Under the pieces are notes generated by a model that worked only from the letters and a program-made list of their open reading frames with translations, did not search any database and was not told where the DNA came from. Source: Entomortierella parvispora E1425 (Eukaryota > Fungi > Mortierellomycota). Taken from it: a stretch of 64,000 bases of DNA. A program made the translations under genes and the position numbers. Shown in pieces: positions 59,273-64,000 of this stretch; positions within the stretch are counted from its first letter, which is position 1; every line of letters begins with the position of its first letter. The stretch spans positions 2,418,001-2,482,000 of the forward strand of contig BQFW01000004.1 in the NCBI GenBank assembly GCA_020891255.1, written 5' to 3'.

Positions 59273-61524
59273 ATGAGCCGCAACGTGGAATCAGCATCGG
59301 TCGAATTCAAGTACGATGCCACGTTCTACTTTGACCAGCTTCCAAACAACCAACCGAAGGAAGCCTCAGGCGAGCCTGCTGTCGCTGTAGCGGCTACAGC
59401 AGAAGCGGGCCAAGCCGCGCCACAGTGGTACCGAGCTGGAAAAGCCCCAGTTCCATTCCAAGAGCACGTCTTTTGGGCTGTCATGGTAAGATCAAAGCGA
59501 CAAGGGATATCCGAGATGGGATAAAGAACATGAGCATGAGAGGAAAAAAAAACTAGATTACAAGTCTCACGGTGCGAAGGGAGTAAAGTAGTATATCCTA
59601 ATTCTTCTCTGTTTTTTTTTGTGGCATTTTTAGCAACGCTGGATTCTGGAGGCACCTTCCATCATCCCCCCCGTCTCCAAAGTCGAAATCATTCAGGATA
59701 CCCACAATGACTCTACCGCAATCAAGGATAAAGATTCACAGGAGGTAGAAACTCAACAACGGGAAGGGGCTCTTTCAGGTCTCAGCGGAAAGGAGTCCTA
59801 TGCCGAAACCATCTTGGAAGGGAGACAGGCCGACCGGACCATCCTTCGCCGATTGTTGCCCAAGCGAATCAAAAAGGATCCAGAGATGGAAGAGCTCCTG
59901 TACTTTAGTCATGCACAAGGCCAAGGCGAGGAAGAAGAGCACACTGGCGAGGCAAAGCAGGAATCAGCGCAAGGAAAGGATGATATTAGTCAAGTTACCT
60001 TTGCGCCTGTGTTCAAAGCGAGCGAGCCAGAAGGACAGACGGAGGGCATGAGTGAAATCAAGAGGATGGAGAAGATGCTTCCGTTTTTTTACCCCAAAGT
60101 CCGTGGATTCCGGTATGGCTACATGGCTGATAAAGACAGTGAAGAAGAGGAGCAAGGGGATGAAATCGACGGAGTCGCAGGCAGCAAAAGAGCTGGATGG
60201 ATCACTTTGGATCTTTTCCTTGCTGGAGATGAAGGTGAATTCACCGATAAGATGGTAAGACGCGTGGCGCTGTGTATATTTTTGAGACTTGAATTGCTCA
60301 AAGAGCGCGAGTGATTGACCTGCGTCTTTTTAATAGCAATACGCCTTCAAAGAGCTTTTCAAAAAGCTTTACAAATGGGGAGTCAACACGACCAAAGGAT
60401 TCACATCGAGTCGAGTCAAGCATGACGTCCTTGTTCCCAAGGAGCTGTATGAACGCACCTATGCTCGTATCAAGGAGAAGTACGCTCAGAAATGGGTCGA
60501 GACCTGGCCCGAGAGAACTGATGCCCTGAAATTTGTCTTTGAAGATCTCGGGATTGCCGCCTGGCTGGTTGCGCTTTGGCAGTTGGAGCGAGAGCGCAGT
60601 GGTATGACTGGATTGCAGAGATTTGTCGATCTGGGCTGCGGAAATGGATTCTTGACCCATGTCTTGAATGAAGAGGGACATCCTGGAACAGGAATTGATC
60701 TTGCTGCACGCAAAGTTTGGGAGCTCTATGGAGAGAATACCAAGCTTGAAGGTAAAAGAAAAAAAGCAGCCGTCAGAGAACTTTTTGATCTCTGAATAGG
60801 AGTGTGACGAGACTAACAATGGCCCTATTTATTCACTTTACTCAGCCAAAACTATCATTCCCGACGAAACCGTGTTTGAAGACGTTGACTGGATCATTGG
60901 AAACCATGCGGATGAGCTGGCACCGTGGATACCCATCATTGCCTCACGGTCGAAGCCATTCACAAGGTAAGCAAAGAAAAAAAAGATACGACCTTTGGTC
61001 TTTCGGGCAATGTCAAAGAGACGCTGACGCTGACTCTAACCGCCCTTTTAATCAAATCCTGTTTCTCATCTAGGTTCGTGGTTATCCCTTGCTGCTTCTA
61101 TGGACTGAGTGGTAGCAGATACTCATTTCCAAAAGGCTCTCCAGATGGAAAGTACAAGGCCTACCAAGATTATATCCGGGACGTTATCGACATTTGCGAT
61201 TATGAAGTGCAGACCGAAATCCTGAGAATACCCAGTACAAAGAATGTGGCTCTGGTGGGATCCGAGCGGAAGAGGCGACAGAGGAGAGAATCAAATTCTG
61301 TAAAGGTCGGGCTCGAGAATGAAAAGAGGCAACGTCTCGATGGGGCTCCAGAGGTCATCGAAAAGGAGGAAGAGGACGCCTCGGCGGTAGAGAAAAGGCG
61401 GAAAAAGAGAATCGAGAAACTCATTGATGATAGCGGTCTGTTTGTGGCCCGGATATCAGACAAGAATAAGCAGGAGCTGCTGAAGGCCAAGAAGGCAGCC
61501 GCGTTGGCACGTCCAAATAAATAA
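59273..61524 (+). CDS. TRM44: tRNA (uracil-44 2'-O)-methyltransferase, multi-exon
   Basis: KFVFEDLGIAAWL, FVDLGCGNGFL..L..EG..G.GID..RKVW, WIIGNHADELAPWIP, FVVIPCCF, LRIPSTKN. Confidence 0.92.
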
Positions 61525-61615
61525 ACGTTTAAGATCATCTTCCCGTCTTTTTTTTTTTTTTTTTTTTTTTTCCCTAGTTTTGCTTTATTTATGTTTTGAA
61601 AATGGTCAAAAGTTA

Positions 61616-63870
61616 TTACTCGTTCTCAGTTCCAAAGTACCGATCTCCAAAGTTGCCCAGTCCAGGTTCGAGGAACAGGGTCTCGGTATTCAAGATTGGG
61701 TCCATGAAACTTGTCACGATCTTGACCTTGGGGAAGGCGTTCGCGATGGTATGTACACCCTGAGGTCCAGCCAAGAAACTCAAAAACAAGATCCTCTCCT
61801 GGGGAACATTGTGGTCCAAGAGGACCCTGATCGCCATCAATCCAGCAGCGCCTGTACCGACCACGGCATCCATGAGGAAGATATAAGTGTTCTCCTCCAC
61901 GATCGCTGGAGGCAACTTGCAATAGTGCAGCTGGGGCTCGCCGTTCGAGGGGTCTGTCTGGATAAGGATCTTGCCAATGACAGCATCACGGATCACGCGA
62001 CGGAGTCCAATTTCCATCGTGCCTCCAGCACGCAGAATCGAAACACCGGCCACAAGCGCCTTTTGGTTCAGTCCATGCACATTTTTTCCAGTTGGCGTGG
62101 TCACGTTCTTGGATTCGTATGGGAGTTCATTCAAGGCACTAATATTTTTTTTTTCGAATAGAAGATTGAGGAACAAGGTAAAGATGAGTAACATGTTTGA
62201 CGTTTTTTCAACTTTGTCCAAGTGTTCTGCCTCCGTTCTCTTCTTTTTTTCAATTGGACGAGACAAGGGATGATAATGATGGCGACGGAAACAGAAACTC
62301 ACCGCTCAATGACCAAGGTGGCAAGGCGATCCGCGTAAAAGATAAAGTCGTGACGCGAAGTGTTGATATCTCTAATGATGGTATGAATGCCCAAGACCTG
62401 CTTTGTGTTCTCAAGCAACACGACGCTTTTGGGCAATTCCTCGGGTGGGTTTATCCTGGCCATATCCCAACGCGACTGCATCTTGCGCTCCTGAAGCTGA
62501 CGCTGAATATGTTTTGTCAACAAGTCGATTGCCACCAAATTTTCCAATCCACGGGGAATGACCTTAAAAAAAGGTAGTACAGCGAGAAATTGTGAGATCA
62601 TGTACTGCAATTGATCAAACAGATGCCTGCAAGAGTGGGATAGACGAAGAAACTTACAACGTCCGCGTTTTTCTTGGTAGGATAGACGTAGGTATCATAC
62701 GAGGGCTTGACAAATCTTTGGTAAAGGGTCAAAACGCCAGCGACATCAAATCCTCGTTCGGCCACATCGCGCTTGACTAAAAAAGTGAGGATGCAGAGTG
62801 TTAATCGGCAAAGTCTCAATGGATCAAACAAATTATTGCAGTCATTTGGGCAACAAGTCAACGGGCCATACTTCTACGGGCCAAGCAGATATCTGTGTCC
62901 GTGTCCACAAAGACCTTAAGATCCATCATGTCCAGGACCTTCTTGTCGTACAATCCAAAGATTCCCTCGAAAATGATCACGTTGGCTCCATAGACGGTAT
63001 GGGACTTGTTTGGCACTCTATTGCAATCAGATGAAGAACAATCAGGAGGAGTCATTCAAACTGATATCTAATAGTCATTGCTCTCATCTCCCGTTTGGTC
63101 CATGCGGTATTGTTGTCTATGTTTTTTTTACCTCTTGTGTGTCTCAAAGTCATAAATAGGAACATCTACAGTCTTTCCTTCCTTCAACTTTGTCAAAGTT
63201 TCCAGCAACAGGTCGTAGTCGTAAGAGTTTGGAGAGTCAAAGTCCCAGTCGCTGAAAGAAGAAGGGGCAAGAGGGCAAAAGAGTTTAGAAACGTTGTGCC
63301 ACCCGTCAAAGCTAGATGTCATCTCCTCTCCGTGCGATCTTCCCGTACTTTCTATGAGCAATTTCAAGCTCCTCGGGAGTCAAGTCCTTATAGAACGAAT
63401 CCATCGAGAGCAAAACAACCCACGGAACATTCAAGTTTTTGATAATCCTCTGTGCAACACTGGTCTTTCCACTGGCGCTTCCACCTACCAGGGGTGAGAA
63501 AAAAAAAAAAGTCAAAAATCTCGGTCAATCTGGTAAGTATACGTAATAGACATGAAGGTAGACTTACCGGCGATTCCGACAATATAGCAGTCGCAGTTCT
63601 GACCATCGCTCCTGTACCATGGGCTAATAACACGCAAGAACAATGAAAGGAAGGTGGGAGCAGTCGTCAGTGGCTGTATCTATGTCCCTTTGGCTCGTTC
63701 CAGAAAACCTTAAAGCACTTGTTGTGGTAGCTGCACAGCTGCGTGGGCAGCAGAGCAGCGACAGGTAACATGCAACATGCGCATTCAAACATGCAATGTA
63801 GGACGATGCAGACAGGCGAAACATACGGGCGTCCTTCTCCAGCAATGACGTGGTTGGTGAACTTTGACAT
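61616..63870 (-). CDS. URK1: Uridine-cytidine kinase with C-terminal UPRTase-like domain, multi-exon
   Basis: [90 protein letters not shown]. The 5' end is inferred. Confidence 0.94.
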
Positions 63871-64000
63871 TGTGTGTCCGCGGGTGAATGGTTAAAAGTG
63901 ATCAAAAAGAAGCAAATAAAAAAAAAAAAAAAAAAAGAAAGCTCAGCGCGTCTTCTTCCAGGGGTGTGAGTGTAGCACTTGCGACAGCATCTTCTTCAGA

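Overview
This is gene-dense, intron-containing eukaryotic DNA with GT-AG introns, long A/T runs and microsatellite-rich UTRs. Gene content and style suggest an early-diverging fungus, probably Mortierellaceae-like (inference). In order, the window holds: a divergent Ran GTPase; two identical inverted tRNA-Asp(GTC) genes bracketing a tandem pair of MULE/FAR1-like transposase-derived genes that have lost the DDE triad; an exportin-6 homolog; an M1 aminopeptidase with a 10x octapeptide insert; an orphan HSPA12-like C-terminal-domain protein; SFSWAP; a full-size ABCG transporter; two secreted DUF3712-like paralogs; tRNA-Ala(AGC); a frameshifted GT31-like gene; SCS7; YSC84; RACK1/ASC1 with an intronic U24 snoRNA; a predicted mitochondrial membrane J-protein; a PHO80-type cyclin; RPB10; UPF3; an ABC1/ADCK kinase; TRM44; and uridine kinase. 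The best leads are the domesticated MULE cassette between inverted tRNAs, the synonymously diverged (PSTQKGDV)10 insert, the U24 copy with a decayed second guide, and the J-protein with a bacterial-like domain. All family calls come from reading motifs by eye; no database searches were run.
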